DNA of 64,000 nucleotides from the human T2T-CHM13v2.0 reference genome, Homo sapiens. The notes beneath the pieces are model-generated. The model searched no databases, was not told the origin of the DNA, and was given only the letters and a program-made list of their open reading frames with translations. The stretch lies in NCBI RefSeq assembly GCF_009914755.1, contig NC_060931.1; one strand, given 5' to 3'. Shown in pieces: positions 1-32,075 of this stretch (its first letter is position 1; every line of letters starts with the position of its first letter). The position numbers and the translations under genes were made by a program.

Positions 1-3910
<3,910 letters not shown>

Positions 3911-4300
3911 AGGGAGCCTGCAGTCTTATCTTGACTTTTCCACTGAGTCCTTGAGGGTCCCTTCCTTCTCTGAGCCTTGATTTCTTCAATGGCGAGTCCC
4001 TGGCCTGTCTTCCTGAGAGAATGCTTACATGGAGCAGAGGAGGAATGGATTTCCAGTACACTGGAGGTGCATACAAATGTGAGGAGAGAGAAGAGGTTCA
4101 TTTTGGTGGGAGGGTCAGGCTCTCAACATGGACAGGGGAATTGCTTTCTGGGGAGGAGAGGTTCCCAGGTTGGTGACAGAGGTTTCTAGCTTGGGAGGGG
4201 ATGACATGGAGAGTGAATGTGGGGTCTCTCCCTCTCTCCCCTTTTACTGTCCAATTCTGCAGCCCCTCGGGGGAGGAAAGACCGGGAGAGACTGGAGGCT

Positions 4301-4313
4301 GTTGCCTAGCAAC
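4301..4313. promoter_or_regulatory. RFX X-box motif
   Basis: GTTGCCTAGCAAC in unique sequence; motif match only. Confidence 0.55.
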
Positions 4314-4676
4314 GAGAGGCGCATCTGGATCGATGGGAAAGTCAGTGATGCTCCAGCCCCCAGCCCGACTCTCTCTTTGATCTCAGCCGGCCCAGCAGAA
4401 ACCTGAGGGGATGCCCCCCAGGCAGCCAGCTTGATTGGAGCTGAGTCAATAGAGGGAATGTTCCATAATGAGATTGTATGGGCAGTGGAGGCAGCTGCCT
4501 GTGGCTTCTCCTGTCACCCTCCTCAGCAGGTGGAAGGGGCCGGACTGTCTGTCCAGCACACACCCTTCCTGCTGATAGCTCTGGCCTGGGTAGGGGTAGG
4601 GTAGGGGTGCACATCACCATCCAATTTTGATTCTTGTTAGTCTTGCACTTCCAGGGACTCAGAGCCCAGCTCCCCC

Positions 4677-5451
<775 letters not shown>

Positions 5452-6018
5452 CTACCCAAGCCCTGCCAGTATCCAGGCCCCTGACACTTGGTCCAGATAA
5501 GAGAAACTGAGGCTCAGAAAGGAAAAGGGATCTGGTTATACAACTTCTAGCCCATCGTGCCTTCCTCTGCCTAGCTCCCAGGTGTGAGCCTGGAGCGGGG
5601 GTTGGGATCTGATCCTGGGGGAAGGAGAAGGAGGTGATGAAAACTGGGTAAAGCACACAGGCTTCTCCGATTTCACTGCAGGGTCAGTCCTCAAGGCCAG
5701 CTTGGGAGGGTCCTCAGAGAGCATGGGCTTCTGACACACAGGTGGCTCTCCCTCCATATCTCCACCAAGGCCATCTGATTTGCACCCTCCCGGGACACAG
5801 AGACCGCCACCTGCCATCGGTGACAGCTCAGTCATAAGACTGTTCTTTCTTGGGCTAAGCTGAAGCTGCTTCTGTAGAACATTCTCCCCACCCTCCACCC
5901 CACCCCCATCTCCATTCTTGCTCAGCAGCCCCAGGGAAGCTGTCTGCTCTTGGTGGCAAGGCTTCAGCCTCCCACAAGGCCACTGAGGGCCCTGACAGAG
6001 AGCAGGAAGACTGAGTAA

Positions 6019-11881
<5,863 letters not shown>

Positions 11882-12085
11882 TAACATCATTCTCTTCATG
11901 AAACCTTCCCTGACCATCCTAGGCAAAGGTAGAGCCTCCCTGGTCTCTTTTTTGCTCCTGCAGGACTGGGTGGGTGGGTGGGAGAATGGCATCAGAATCT
12001 CTTCATAACAAGCCTGTTACCGCAAGAAAGGATGAATGAATGATCCCACTAAGCTACAAGCTACAAGACTAGGGAATATTGTCTC

Positions 12086-12583
12086 CGTCGAGGTATTGCT
12101 CCTCACAAGAGGGTATTAGCTACGAGGGTCTGCCCACAGACCCTGACCCAAATGATGAATAAAACGTACACTGATACACAGAGATTCTGTTTTGCCAGTC
12201 CTGCTGAGTGACCGCCTACACACCAAGAGAGGTTTGTCACTGTGGCCGCCCCGATCAGCTAGGGAGACTCACATTTATTCATTAAGATTAGTTAACAAAA
12301 GCTTGAGTCAGCGCCATTAGAGGTAATTGACATTGAGGACTTCCCGAGTAAAAAGCACACATCAAAGGCTCGTCTTGAGACCACATGAGTAAACAAGTTA
12401 ACTAGATAACTTCCCCACATCCCGTTATTTACTACTCTAATCTATTTAACTGAAGGTAATGGGACCAGCCCACCTTCGCCCCGGTCTATTACCGAAGTCA
12501 TGTGAAAACCCTCAGGCCTTCCGAAAGGGTTTTGTGGCTATCATAACTAATATTTTTTCCACCAGCCTGACCGAATCCCAACA
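12086..12583 (-). mobile_element. Solo LTR, LTR22-type (HERV-K HML-5), inserted in a MIR
   Basis: Minus strand starts TGTTGGGATTCGGTCAGGCTGGTGGAAAAAATATTAG; about 500 bp; family from recall; left boundary approximate. Confidence 0.62.
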
Positions 12584-13023
12584 CTCCATTTTACAGATGA
12601 GGAAACTGAGGCTCGGAGAAGTTTAATGACTTTTCCTGATCACCCAGGCAGAAGTAGTGGAGCCAGAATTTAAGCTAAAGTCTTCTGACTCCAAGTCCTT
12701 GTCCTGGTCTAACACTCTTTTTCCTGGCCCCAGTAGAAGACAGCAGAAAGATCTTAGAAGTAAGAAGGTGGTTAAATTGTGTGACCACAGACGAAGTGCT
12801 CAAGTGCTTACTTGAAGCTGTGGGAATCTGTACCTTTGAGCGTGTGGAGGCTCTGAGTCCTGACATTACCTCTGGGGAGGCATGCCTCTGGCTGGCAAGG
12901 CCAGGAAAAAAAAGCCCCTAGAGGAACGGTGCTGCCCCCCTCCCCGCCCCCCCCGCCCCTTTCCCCGGCAAAAGAGGCTTCTCAGCCCCGGCAGCAAATG
13001 GGGCCCCCTGAACTGGTGATGGG

Positions 13024-13044
13024 GGTGCTGTCCGTGGTGCTGGA
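13024..13044 (-). promoter_or_regulatory. RE1/NRSE (REST binding site)
   Basis: Minus strand TCCAGCACCACGGACAGCACC versus consensus TTCAGCACCACGGACAGCGCC: 19/21 with the canonical 2-bp spacer. Confidence 0.85.
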
Positions 13045-13881
13045 GGACTGCGACGCTGCCAGAGACAAGGGGAGCAGGGAGGAGTTTGCTCACTCCTGTA
13101 ATCCCAGTGCTCTGGGAAGCCAAGGCGGGGGATCACTTGAGGCCAAGAGTTTGAGACCAGCCTGGGCAACAACGTGAGACCCTGTCTCTACAATAATAAT
13201 AATAATAATTAATCTCCAGTGCCTTTTACGAGACATTCATTGCATACTAGGTACTGTGAGGGCATTTCCCATGCATTAGTCCTTTACAACAAACCTATGA
13301 GGAAGATGCTATTATTAAATAGTTTCATTTTACAGGCAAGGAAACTGAGACCCAGAGAGTTGAAGTCACGTGCCCTAGGTCTCTCAGCTTATGAATTCCC
13401 AAAGATCACTCTCCTGTCTCCCTCTCAAATCAGGGGTCCCCAGGGCAGGGCTGGGCCTCTTCCCAGACTCATCTGTGGTCCACTTCTCACTACAGCCCAT
13501 TCCCTCTCCCCCAGACCTGACCAGGTCACTACGATCTGAGCATCTTCTCCCTCTGAGCCCCAGGGTGAGTGCTGACCTCATTAGCTAAGAGGCCTCTGTG
13601 CCTGTCAGCAGCTGACTTTCCGAAACAGGCTGGACCCTGCAGTACAGATGAGCTGTTTCACCTTCAATTAATCACTTGCAGGTAGCAGCATCCAGTTTGT
13701 GGCCCACTGTGTCCACACCCAGGCTTGCTCAGGAAACCCAGGCTTGGGCTTGTGGGAGGGAGGCAACTCCAGGGACCCAGCCAGGAGGCTGGGAAATCAG
13801 GCCTCTAGGCTTTTAACCACTTCCTGGCTTGTAGAAGAAGGAGTGTGCCCCTTTGGCAAGCATTAAACTAGGGCTTCATGA

Positions 13882-14301
<420 letters not shown>

Positions 14302-14494
14302 TGATCCACCTGCTTCGGCCTCCCAAAGTGCTGAGATTACAGGCATAAGCCACCACACCCAGCCTGGTGCCACACACTTAGAGTTAGTATTACCCAGACT
14401 TCCAGAGTAGGAAAGGACCCTTGGGGTCTTTGAGTCATTGTTCAGTGGGAGAAACAAGGGTGCAGAGAGGGGAAGGGACTTGTTCATGGTCTCA

Positions 14495-14709
14495 CAGCCA
14501 ATCAGTGGTAGGGTAAAGACTTCCCATGTGCTGCTCTCAGCCAATCAGTGGTAGGGTAAAGACTTCCCATGTGCTGCTCTCAGCCAATCAGTGGTAGGGT
14601 AAAGACTTCCCATGTGCTGCTCTCAGCCAATCAGTGGTAGGGTAAAGACTTCCCATGTGCTGCTCTCAGCCAATCAGTGGTAGGGTAAAGACTTCCCATG
14701 TGCTGCTCT
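14495..14709. repeat. Minisatellite, 5 identical copies of 43 bp
   Basis: CAGCCAATCAGTGGTAGGGTAAAGACTTCCCATGTGCTGCTCT starting at 14495, 14538, 14581, 14624 and 14667. Confidence 0.97.
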
Positions 14710-15331
14710 GCCTCCAAAGAAGTACAGTGTCAATGCCCCCAAAGACCAGAACAAGTTAGAGTTAGGGTTCAGATTATAGCTCTAGACTCCATATCTGCCT
14801 GCTTGCCCCTGCAAACCCCTCACCCTCAAGCACCTCCAATTTGTTCTCCGTGTTCCCCATCACAATAAATGGCTGCACCATCCACCTGGTCACCCAGGCC
14901 AGAGACCCGGTGTCATCTAAGCTGCCTCCCCCATCCCACATCCAGTCAATTACAAACCCTGCCAGATTGGCCCATTTATTTCTTGAATCCTGGTTGTCCT
15001 CACTGGCTCTGGCAGCCCTGCCTCCTGCTCCCTCCCAGCCTTGCTGGGAAGCCTGCCTTGACGAACCAAGCAGGGCTACAGACACTTCTCCAGTTCTCTT
15101 TTATCACACTATGCTGCTGTTTACCTGTCAGTCTCCTGAACCAGCCTGTGAGCTTCTACAGGGCCATGATGGGGTCATGTTCATCTCTATACCCACAGCC
15201 TTTAATAACGTGAGGCCAAGAGTAGATGTTGGGTGAGTGTTTGTTGAGTGAATGCTTGAATATCGTTTCTATCTCATGTTTGAACAATTCCTGTAATAGG
15301 GACCTCATTCATCCTACGACAAACTGCTTAG

Positions 15332-15538
<207 letters not shown>

Positions 15539-15809
15539 TGACTATATTGGCTAGGCTGGTCTCGAATTCCTGACCTCAAGTGATCCACCCGCCTCTGCCT
15601 CCCAAAGTGCTGGGATTACAGGTGCAAGCCACCACACCTGGGCAGAACTGCTTCATTTTTAAAGAGTTTTGATTATTATAAAATAAAAACAAAACAAGAC
15701 AAGACTCTTTTTTGAACTGAGCTGAAATCAACACTAGATGACTTGCCTGTGAGAATCTTGGGGCTCTGTTTTGCAGATTGGCTAGGGCCTTGCTCCTCTT
15801 AGGGAATTC

Positions 15810-16280
15810 TAAGGACCAGTAGTATTGGTGTTACTTGTTAGAAATGCAAATTCTCAAGCCCCACTCCAGATCTATCAAATCAGAAACTCTGGGGGCGAAG
15901 TCAACAATCTGTGTCTTGCTGGGCGCGGTGGCTCAAGCCTGTAATTCCAGCACTTTGGGAGGCCGAGGCGGGTGGATCATGAGGTCAGAAGTTCAAGACC
16001 AGTCTGGCCAACATAGTGAAACCCTGTCTCTACTAAAAATACAAAAAGTTAGCCGGGTGTAGTGGTGTGCACCTGTAATCCCAGCTACTCAGGAGGCTAA
16101 GAAAGGAGAATCATGTGAACCTGAGAGGCGGAGGTTGCAGTGAGCTGAGATCGCACCATTGCACTCCAGCCCAGGCAACAGTGCGAGACGCCGTCTCAAA
16201 CAAAACAAAACAAAACAAATCTGTGTCTTAACAAGTCTTCCTGGTGATTCTGATGCCCAATAAAATTTGAAAATGGCTAT
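15810..16280. mobile_element. MER5A relic split by an Alu at 15917-16218
   Basis: CTTGTTAGAAATGCAAATTCTC...AATCAGAAACTCTGG...GGTGATTCTGATG; Alu TSD AATCTGTGTCTT. Confidence 0.7.
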
Positions 16281-16308
16281 TTCTAGACCACTGCCCACCT
16301 CCCCCTAA

Positions 16309-16578
<270 letters not shown>

Positions 16579-16712
16579 TAGCCAGGATGGTCTCGATCTC
16601 CTGACCTCGTGATCCACCTGCCTTGTCCTCCCAAAATGCTGAGATTACAGGCATGAGCCACCGCGCCCAGCCGAGACTTTGATTCAGTAGATCTGGGTTG
16701 GATTCCAGGTAG

Positions 16713-16863
16713 AACTGACATATGAAATATAGGACACTCAGTTAAATTTGAATTTCAGATAAACAACGGATAATTTCTTAGTAGGATTATGTTCCAAATA
16801 TAAAATTCAAATTTAATTTAACTGGGTATCCTGTGTTCCTATTTGGCAAATCTGGCAATGCTA
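16713..16863. mobile_element. MER53-type palindromic DNA-transposon relic
   Basis: CAGTTAAATTTGAATTTCAGATAAACAAC with the inverted counterpart AATTCAAATTTAA..CTGG. Confidence 0.6.
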
Positions 16864-17081
16864 GCTAAACATCACTACTTCTAACAAGCCTCTCAGTCGA
16901 TTCAGCCAGGTTTGACCTAAATCCTCTACAATCCTTCATATATTTGAAGCTAGGCATTCTGACCACCTGTATATTCTTATAATCTTCCCCCTCCTTGGCA
17001 CCCTATTTTTGTTGATATATCCTAAGATAACATGCATTTTTGGCATCCACATTGTGATATTGACTCAAATTGAGTCTGTGA

Positions 17082-17351
<270 letters not shown>

Positions 17352-18213
17352 TAGATTGCAGGCATGCACCACCATGACTGGCTAATTTTTGTACTTTTAG
17401 TAGAGACGGGGTTTCACCATGTTGGCCAGGCTGGTCTCGAACTCCTGACCTCATGATCTGCCCACCTCAGCCTCCCAAAGTGCTGGGATTACAGATGTGA
17501 GCCACTGCACCTGGCCCTGTTTCACCTTCTTAGATTCTTCCAATGTCTCCGGCTACTGAGTCCTTTTAGATTCTGACTGTATATCCATGAGCCCTCTCAG
17601 GCTGTGTCCTCAGTGAATTTGATTGTCAGACTACCAGTGTTCTATCCAGTCAATAGTGAACATATTGGATCAGATGTGGTGAGAATAGAGCCCTGTGATT
17701 CTCCACTAAATACCTACATCTAACATGACATTGATCCATTAACCAGCTCCTTTTGAGTATAGGTCAATCAATCAACCAATTACAACAAAATGGGATATTA
17801 GCACCCACCAGGACAGTGTCACCTTATGAAATCTCACAGTGAGGCCAGGCGCAGTGACTCATGCCCGTAATCCCAACACTTTGGGAGGCCGAAGCAGGAA
17901 GATCACTTGAGCCCAGGAGCTTGAGAGCAGCCTGGGCAACATAGCAAGATCCCATCTCTACAAAAAAAAATTAAAAATCGTCTGGGCATGGTGGTGCACC
18001 TGTAGTTTCATCTACTTGGAGGCTGAATCAGGAAGATCACTGAAGCCCAGGAGGTCAAGGCTGCAGTGAGCTATAGTCACGCCACTGCACTCCAGCCTGG
18101 GCAACAGATTGAGAGTCAGGAAGGGAAGGGAAGGGAAGGGAACAGAAGGGAAGGGAGAAAGGTAAGGTAAGGAAGGGAAGGAAGGAAGGAAGGAAGAATA
18201 AATCTCACAATAA

Positions 18214-18748
<535 letters not shown>

Positions 18749-19940
18749 TAGTGAAAATCCAGACTGCATCTGCCACGCCCCTCTTCACATAGCTCTCCTT
18801 TCCTCCTCAATCATTTCTGCAACGATTACCCTGGGCAACCTAGCATTGCTACCCAGGCGTTCTCCTAGCACTGGGGCTAGATTTTCTCAGGGTTTGGAGA
18901 TCTGAGTGCATTCAGAACGACTCTCACCAGCTTTCCGCCTCTGCCCTCCAGGAGCTCAGGCCAAGTTCTAGGCTGGGGAGCCTTGCCCAGGTCAGAGGGA
19001 AGATGTGCGGAACAGCATGGCTCCCAGGGCTCTCACCCGCGCCTTCGCGCTCTCTCCACACCTTCAGCGCGCCTCTTGCATTGCCTGGTGCTGGGGTAGG
19101 CTCTAACGAGCCAGAATGAAAGGACGGTTCCCTCCCCTAAAAGGGCTCACAGTTTAGAATAGGAGTTACAAGCAAACAGCCAACTGAATCTCGGTATCTA
19201 AATATCGCATTTAAAAAGTGTGGACAAAAGATGCGGAAGCACAAAGAAGGAATGACTCATCCTTCCTGGAAGAGCGGAAGATTCCCAGAGGAGGTGATTT
19301 TTGGGCTGGGCCCTGAGGGATGAGTTGAAGTTCCCTAGGTGAAGAAAAGGGGAAACAGGACTCCAGCGGAGGGGAAACACATAGGCAAAGGCACAAAGGA
19401 GGAAGTAAGGGCATGCATTTGGGGGATGAGGACCAAGGCTAAGAGGCTGGGTGTTGGTTGCAGGATGGGGTGCAGCATGGGATGAAGTTGCAAGATAGCA
19501 TTCGACAGAATGCAAAGGGGTCTTGCAGGCCGTATCAAGGACCATGCCATGTATTCCTCTCTCTTGCCTCCTGTTGTCACGTCTTTGTTCAGCCCCGGGC
19601 GCATTGAGCTTCACATGCACTAGGCGCTTAGCTGGAGCTAGGAGTTGAAAGCTAAGCTGCCCTCAGCCCAGGGGGAGCCAGACCTTTGAACCCACAGCAA
19701 CAACAGCGAGAACTCTGGGAGGTAAGGCCAGGAGTGGTGGCTCATGCCTGTAATCCCAGCACTTTGGGAGGGCAGATCGCCTGAGGTCAGGAGTTCAAGA
19801 CCAGCCTGGCCACGAGGAGGGCAGATCACTTGAGGTCAGAGTTCAAGACCAGCCTGGGCAACATGGTGAAACCCCATTTCTACTAAAAATACAAAAATTA
19901 GCCGGGCAAGGTGGCAGGCGCCTGTAATCCCAGCTACTCA

Positions 19941-20144
<204 letters not shown>

Positions 20145-21581
20145 CTAGGAATGAAGAGTATCCCAGGAAAGGGCCTGGAGCCAAGAGAGGTAGAGGAGGA
20201 TGTGTGTGGTGCGGAGTGGTGGAGACGGGGCTGGACCAGGAGGCAGGGCCATGTTACGGCTTTAAGCCAAGGTAACAAGAGTCACGGGAGGCTGCTAACC
20301 AGGGCATGACATGGTCTAATTTGCTCCTGGACCCGTCTGCCAAGTTGCCAATGGAGGATGAAGGTCTGGGAGCAGGGAGGCCAGGCAACCACAGAGAGGC
20401 AGTGGACCTGCATGGAGGGAGGAGCTTGGGTCCACGTGGTAACAGGGGAGGAGAGGAAGTGGATAAATGTGAGCGATGTTGAGAAGAAGGGATGGGGCTG
20501 GGCGCGGTGGCTCACGCCTGTAATCTCAGTACTTTGGGAGGCCAAAGTGGAAGGATTGTTTGAAGCCAGGAATTCAAGACCACCCTGGGCAAAATAACAA
20601 GAACGTGACTCTACAAAAAAAAATTCTTTGTTTTAATTAGCTGGGTATGGTGGCACATGCCTGTAGTTCCAGCTACTGGGGAGACTGAGGTGGGAGGATA
20701 TCGCTTGAGCTCAGGAGTTCAAGGCTGCAGTGAGCTATGACTGTGCCACTGCACTCCAGCCTGGGTGATAGAGTGAGACCCTGTCTCAAAAAATGAACAA
20801 AGAAGAAGGGATGAGGGACCCAACTTGATGACAGGTGAACTGTTGTGGGTCAGGTCAATAGGGGTCTCCAAGCTCCACACATGTCCCTGGCTCAGATGAC
20901 CAACAGATAGAGGGGTCACCCATGAGCCAAGCACTGCAGCCGAGGTGGGTGGGGAGCAGGGCACCCGGAGCTCTGTTTGGGGCATGGTGGGTGATTCTTG
21001 TGGAGTGTCCTGGGAAAACCCCTGGTGGAACTGGGGTATAGGGCTGGTCTCGGGACAGAGGCGGGAAGCCAGCAGGTGTGGGAGTGGAAAAGAGGGGTTA
21101 GAAGAACAGCTTTGGTCTCTGAGTCCCCAGGCACTCCCCTCTCCAGAAGACTCTGGCAGATGCTCCCAGGAACAGGTGGAAATCAGAGGCTCAGAGAGGG
21201 GTAGTGACATCTTCAGGGTCACACAGCAAGGAGTGGAGAAGCGCAGCCTAGAACCCATGCACTTGGGACTCAGGGGGAAGGACATATGAGAAGAGCTTAT
21301 GTTTTCATCACCGCTGTTGCCTCCTGTCACTCTGTCCCCTTCAGAGCCTCCTGTAGCTGTCACAGTCCCTCTCTCTTCTCTGCCTTCCAGTTTCTGTGGC
21401 TCTGAACACTCCCACCCCCATCCCATCACTCTGAGGCCAGAGAGGGGAGGGTGTGTTGGGGGAGAAGTGTCACAGGGAAGGCCCGATCCAAGATGTCCAG
21501 GCATACCCAATCCCTTCTTTTCCTCCCTCCCTCCTTCCTTTCCCTCCCTCCCACCCCACTCCCTGGGAATGAGGCCTCCCT

Positions 21582-21594
21582 GTTGCTTAGCAAC
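21582..21594. promoter_or_regulatory. RFX X-box motif
   Basis: GTTGCTTAGCAAC about 0.9 kb upstream of exon 2; motif match only. Confidence 0.5.
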
Positions 21595-21667
21595 TAGCAG
21601 ATCCTTGGAGAAAGGAAATGGAAATAGCTCAAGAGGTGCCTCCCCTCTGTTAAGATAGAAGTCCTTG

Positions 21668-21669
<2 letters not shown>

Positions 21670-21699
<30 letters not shown>
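21670..21699. repeat. (GT)15 microsatellite
   Basis: Read directly. Confidence 0.95.
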
Positions 21700-21700
<1 letters not shown>

Positions 21701-22479
21701 TGCTCTACTTTGGAGGGCCTAGCATGGAGTCAGGGATTCTTAGCTCCAAGCCAAGTTGACTCCCACCCCACCCCGAGCCTACAGGAGGACGTGGCTGCCT
21801 GGAAAGCTAATGTCAGTGTCAGCTTTGGTCACGTCATCAGAAGCAGTGTTTCCAGAACAAAGGAGGGGATAGTCTTGTGGGCCCAATCTGGGTGAGCCCC
21901 GCTTATCTGGAATGTTGGCTTTGGAGAAGTTGGCCAGATCAAACAGAGAGCTAAAATCTGCCTCTGGGGTGGGAATAGAGTAGGCTTCCATCTTCCCCTC
22001 TCTGTAGGGCTGCCCTGGGAGCAGACTGGGAGGTAGGAACACATGTAATCTGTGTGCCACTGGACAGAGCCAGGATAGTGGGCCTGGTGTGTGCGTAAAC
22101 AGTTTCAACTGAGCCTAAAGGAGAAATATGACTGGGGAGTTAATGATGTGTGCAAGCGGGCGCTGGGATGTCTGGCCCAAGCATTCGTGCAAGCCAGAGA
22201 GGATGGTCCTCGGTAGTTCCTGGAGGTGACACGATTCCCAGCCAATGGCTCTTAGAGGCCATCCAGTCTGGCCTGCATCCACCCACCTTACAGATGGAAA
22301 AAGCCCAGTGTCCAACCCACTCGTGCCCTGAGGTGTGACCCAAAGGTGCAAACCAGCCGTCCGCTTCCCTCTGCACCAGGAAAGGAAGCGGATTAGAGCC
22401 ATGAGTGTGCCCTTAAATCTCCAGGATTAACTCCAGCAGAGAGGAGCTTAACAGGTGGCGAAGAAGTGACCATCCCGCC

Positions 22480-22920
22480 TCGTGTCTGTGTCTGTCCCTC
22501 AGGGCCAGCGGCCCAGGCCAGCGGCTCCAGGGCCAGCCACGATGTCCTCCACCGTGAACAACGGGGCGGCCAGCATGCAGTCCACACCCGACGCCGCGAA
22601 CGGCTTCCCGCAGCCCAGCTCCTCCTCGGGGACCTGGCCGCGGGCGGAAGAGGAGCTGCGCGCCGCGGAGCCGGGCCTGGTGAAGCGCGCGCACCGCGAG
22701 ATCCTGGACCACGAGCGCAAGCGGCGGGTGGAGCTCAAGTGCATGGAGCTGCAGGAGATGATGGAGGAGCAGGGGTGAGCAGGCCGCGGGGCGGGACTGG
22801 GGTGGGGAGATAGGCGGGGCGAGGGTGGGAGAAGCGAGTGATGCTGCACGTGGGCGTGGCGAACGTCGTGGGCGGGGAGAAGGGCGGGGCTAGGGGCTAT
22901 TAGGGCGGAGTCGGGCGACT
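22480..22920. other. CpG island over exon 2
   Basis: Visibly high GC and CpG density; GGGCGG boxes just downstream of the donor. Confidence 0.75.
22542..22774 (+). CDS. SRRM3: SRRM3 exon 2 coding part (start codon; N-terminus and first half of cwf21 domain)
   Basis: Acceptor tgtccctcAG at 22501-22502; 5'UTR 22503-22541; ATG at 22542 with A at -3. Encodes MSSTVNNG...REILDHERKRRVELKCMELQEMMEEQG (cwf21 signature). Donor GG|GTGAGC, phase 2. Confidence 0.96.
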
Positions 22921-23014
22921 GTGGGAACCCAAGAGCCTTGTCCAGACAAGAAGCCAGAGTTCAGACCAGTTGGGGTGAAGCCATGGCAAGTCCAGCTCAT
23001 CTTTCATTTATGTA

Positions 23015-23066
23015 TTAGGTTGTTGCAAAAGTAATCACGGTTTTTGCCATTACCTTTAATGGCAAA
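23015..23066. mobile_element. MADE1 (Hsmar1 MITE) with truncated right arm
   Basis: TA-TTAGGTTGTTGCAAAAGTAATCACGGTTTTTGCCATTACCTTTAATGGCAAA. Confidence 0.85.
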
Positions 23067-29294
<6,228 letters not shown>

Positions 29295-29348
29295 TGAGCA
29301 CCTACTATATGCCAGGCACTGTGCAAAGTGATGTAAATACATCACGTC

Positions 29349-30612
<1,264 letters not shown>

Positions 30613-31901
30613 CAACCTTGAAAGGTGGGTCCTGTTCCCATTTCACAGATTAGAAGCTAAGGCTGGGAGAAGCACATGGACTTGCCCAAGGCCACAGAAC
30701 TGGGAAGTGGGAGGTGCCAGGATTCAAAAGCAGGACTGTTGGGCTCCTCTGTCTCTCCCCGTCATCACTGTCCCAAGTGGCTCAGCTGAGAAGATTGATT
30801 CCAAGAGATAAGAGGGGAAAGGACACTCAGAGGTGGTGGTCACATGAGACCAATCACCAGGTGTCATCCTTGTGTCCCCAGCTTCTCCCAACAAGATACC
30901 CTGGGGCACAGAGGGACCCTCCCCAAGCCTCTGAGTTGGTTCAATCCAGCAGCCCATCCTCAACAGACAGGTGCTGGAGTTCATCAACTTGCCTCCAGCC
31001 CACTGACTCCAGGACGACCCCCAGCCCTGCATATATGCCGCTGCAGGTCTCCCTGAAACCCATTTGTGCCCATTTCCCAGCCTTCCATGTGCCAAAGACC
31101 CCCAGGAAAGGGGGCTTGGATCCTGGCCTGAAACCCCCTGCCAGCCCCCCACAAGCAGCTGGGGAATGGCCCACCCTCACCCTTAGGCCATCTCTTCCCA
31201 CCCACCTGGCCCAGGGTCCCATGCCAGTCTCTGTCTCCCTCTGTGGGGCCTATAAATTAGGGGCTAAGCAGTGTTGGAGGGCCTGTGCTGTGTTTGTCTC
31301 TGTGCTGGTGACAGTGACAAGCTAGTCTCTGCAAGAGAAGGTGATGTGGGAGCAATTGCTCTCTGCCTCTGCTGGGGGGGTGGGGCACCACCCTTTCTTC
31401 CTGGGTGCCAGGCTCTGCACTGCCCAACTCACATGCCCAGACAAGGGACCTCCAGGTGAATGCCCGAGTCTGAGGGCCACACAGGGACTGAGGTGGACAC
31501 TGAGGAGCCAGGGCCCTGAACTTGGTGGAGCTAGGTTGGTGGCAGCAGTGCAGGGTGGCCTGAGCCACGAGGGGATGGGGGGTTAGAAGAAAAGCCCCCC
31601 ACCCCTAACCAGGCCAGGACCCAGCCCTCCCCACGGTGAGCGACACAGCAGGCTGAACCCACACAGACTCCGACCCTAGCTGGGGGTCAGGGGACACCTG
31701 CTTAAGAAGTAGGTGGTGACCAGGCACAGTGGAACATGCCTGTAATCCCAGCACTTTGGGAGGCCGAGGTGGGTGGATCATCTGAGGTCAGGAGTTTGAG
31801 ACCAGCCTGGCCAACATGGTGAAACCCCATCTCTACTAAAACTACAAAAATTAGCTGGGCATGGTGGCGGATGCCTGTAGTCCCAGCTACCCGGGAAGCT
31901 A

Positions 31902-32075
<174 letters not shown>

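Noticed and set aside
14495-14709. Regular repeats resembling a CRISPR array
   Set aside because: The units are contiguous with no unique spacers and the context is human; this is a VNTR.
22482-22541. N-terminal extension MSVSVPQGQRPRPAAPGPAT in the ORF track
   Set aside because: It starts at a non-ATG codon inside the intron pyrimidine tract; the true start is the ATG at 22542.
31249-31262. TATAAA / CArG- or MEF2-like element as an internal promoter
   Set aside because: The spacing fits neither the CArG nor the MEF2 consensus, and there is no CpG island or convincing first exon nearby.
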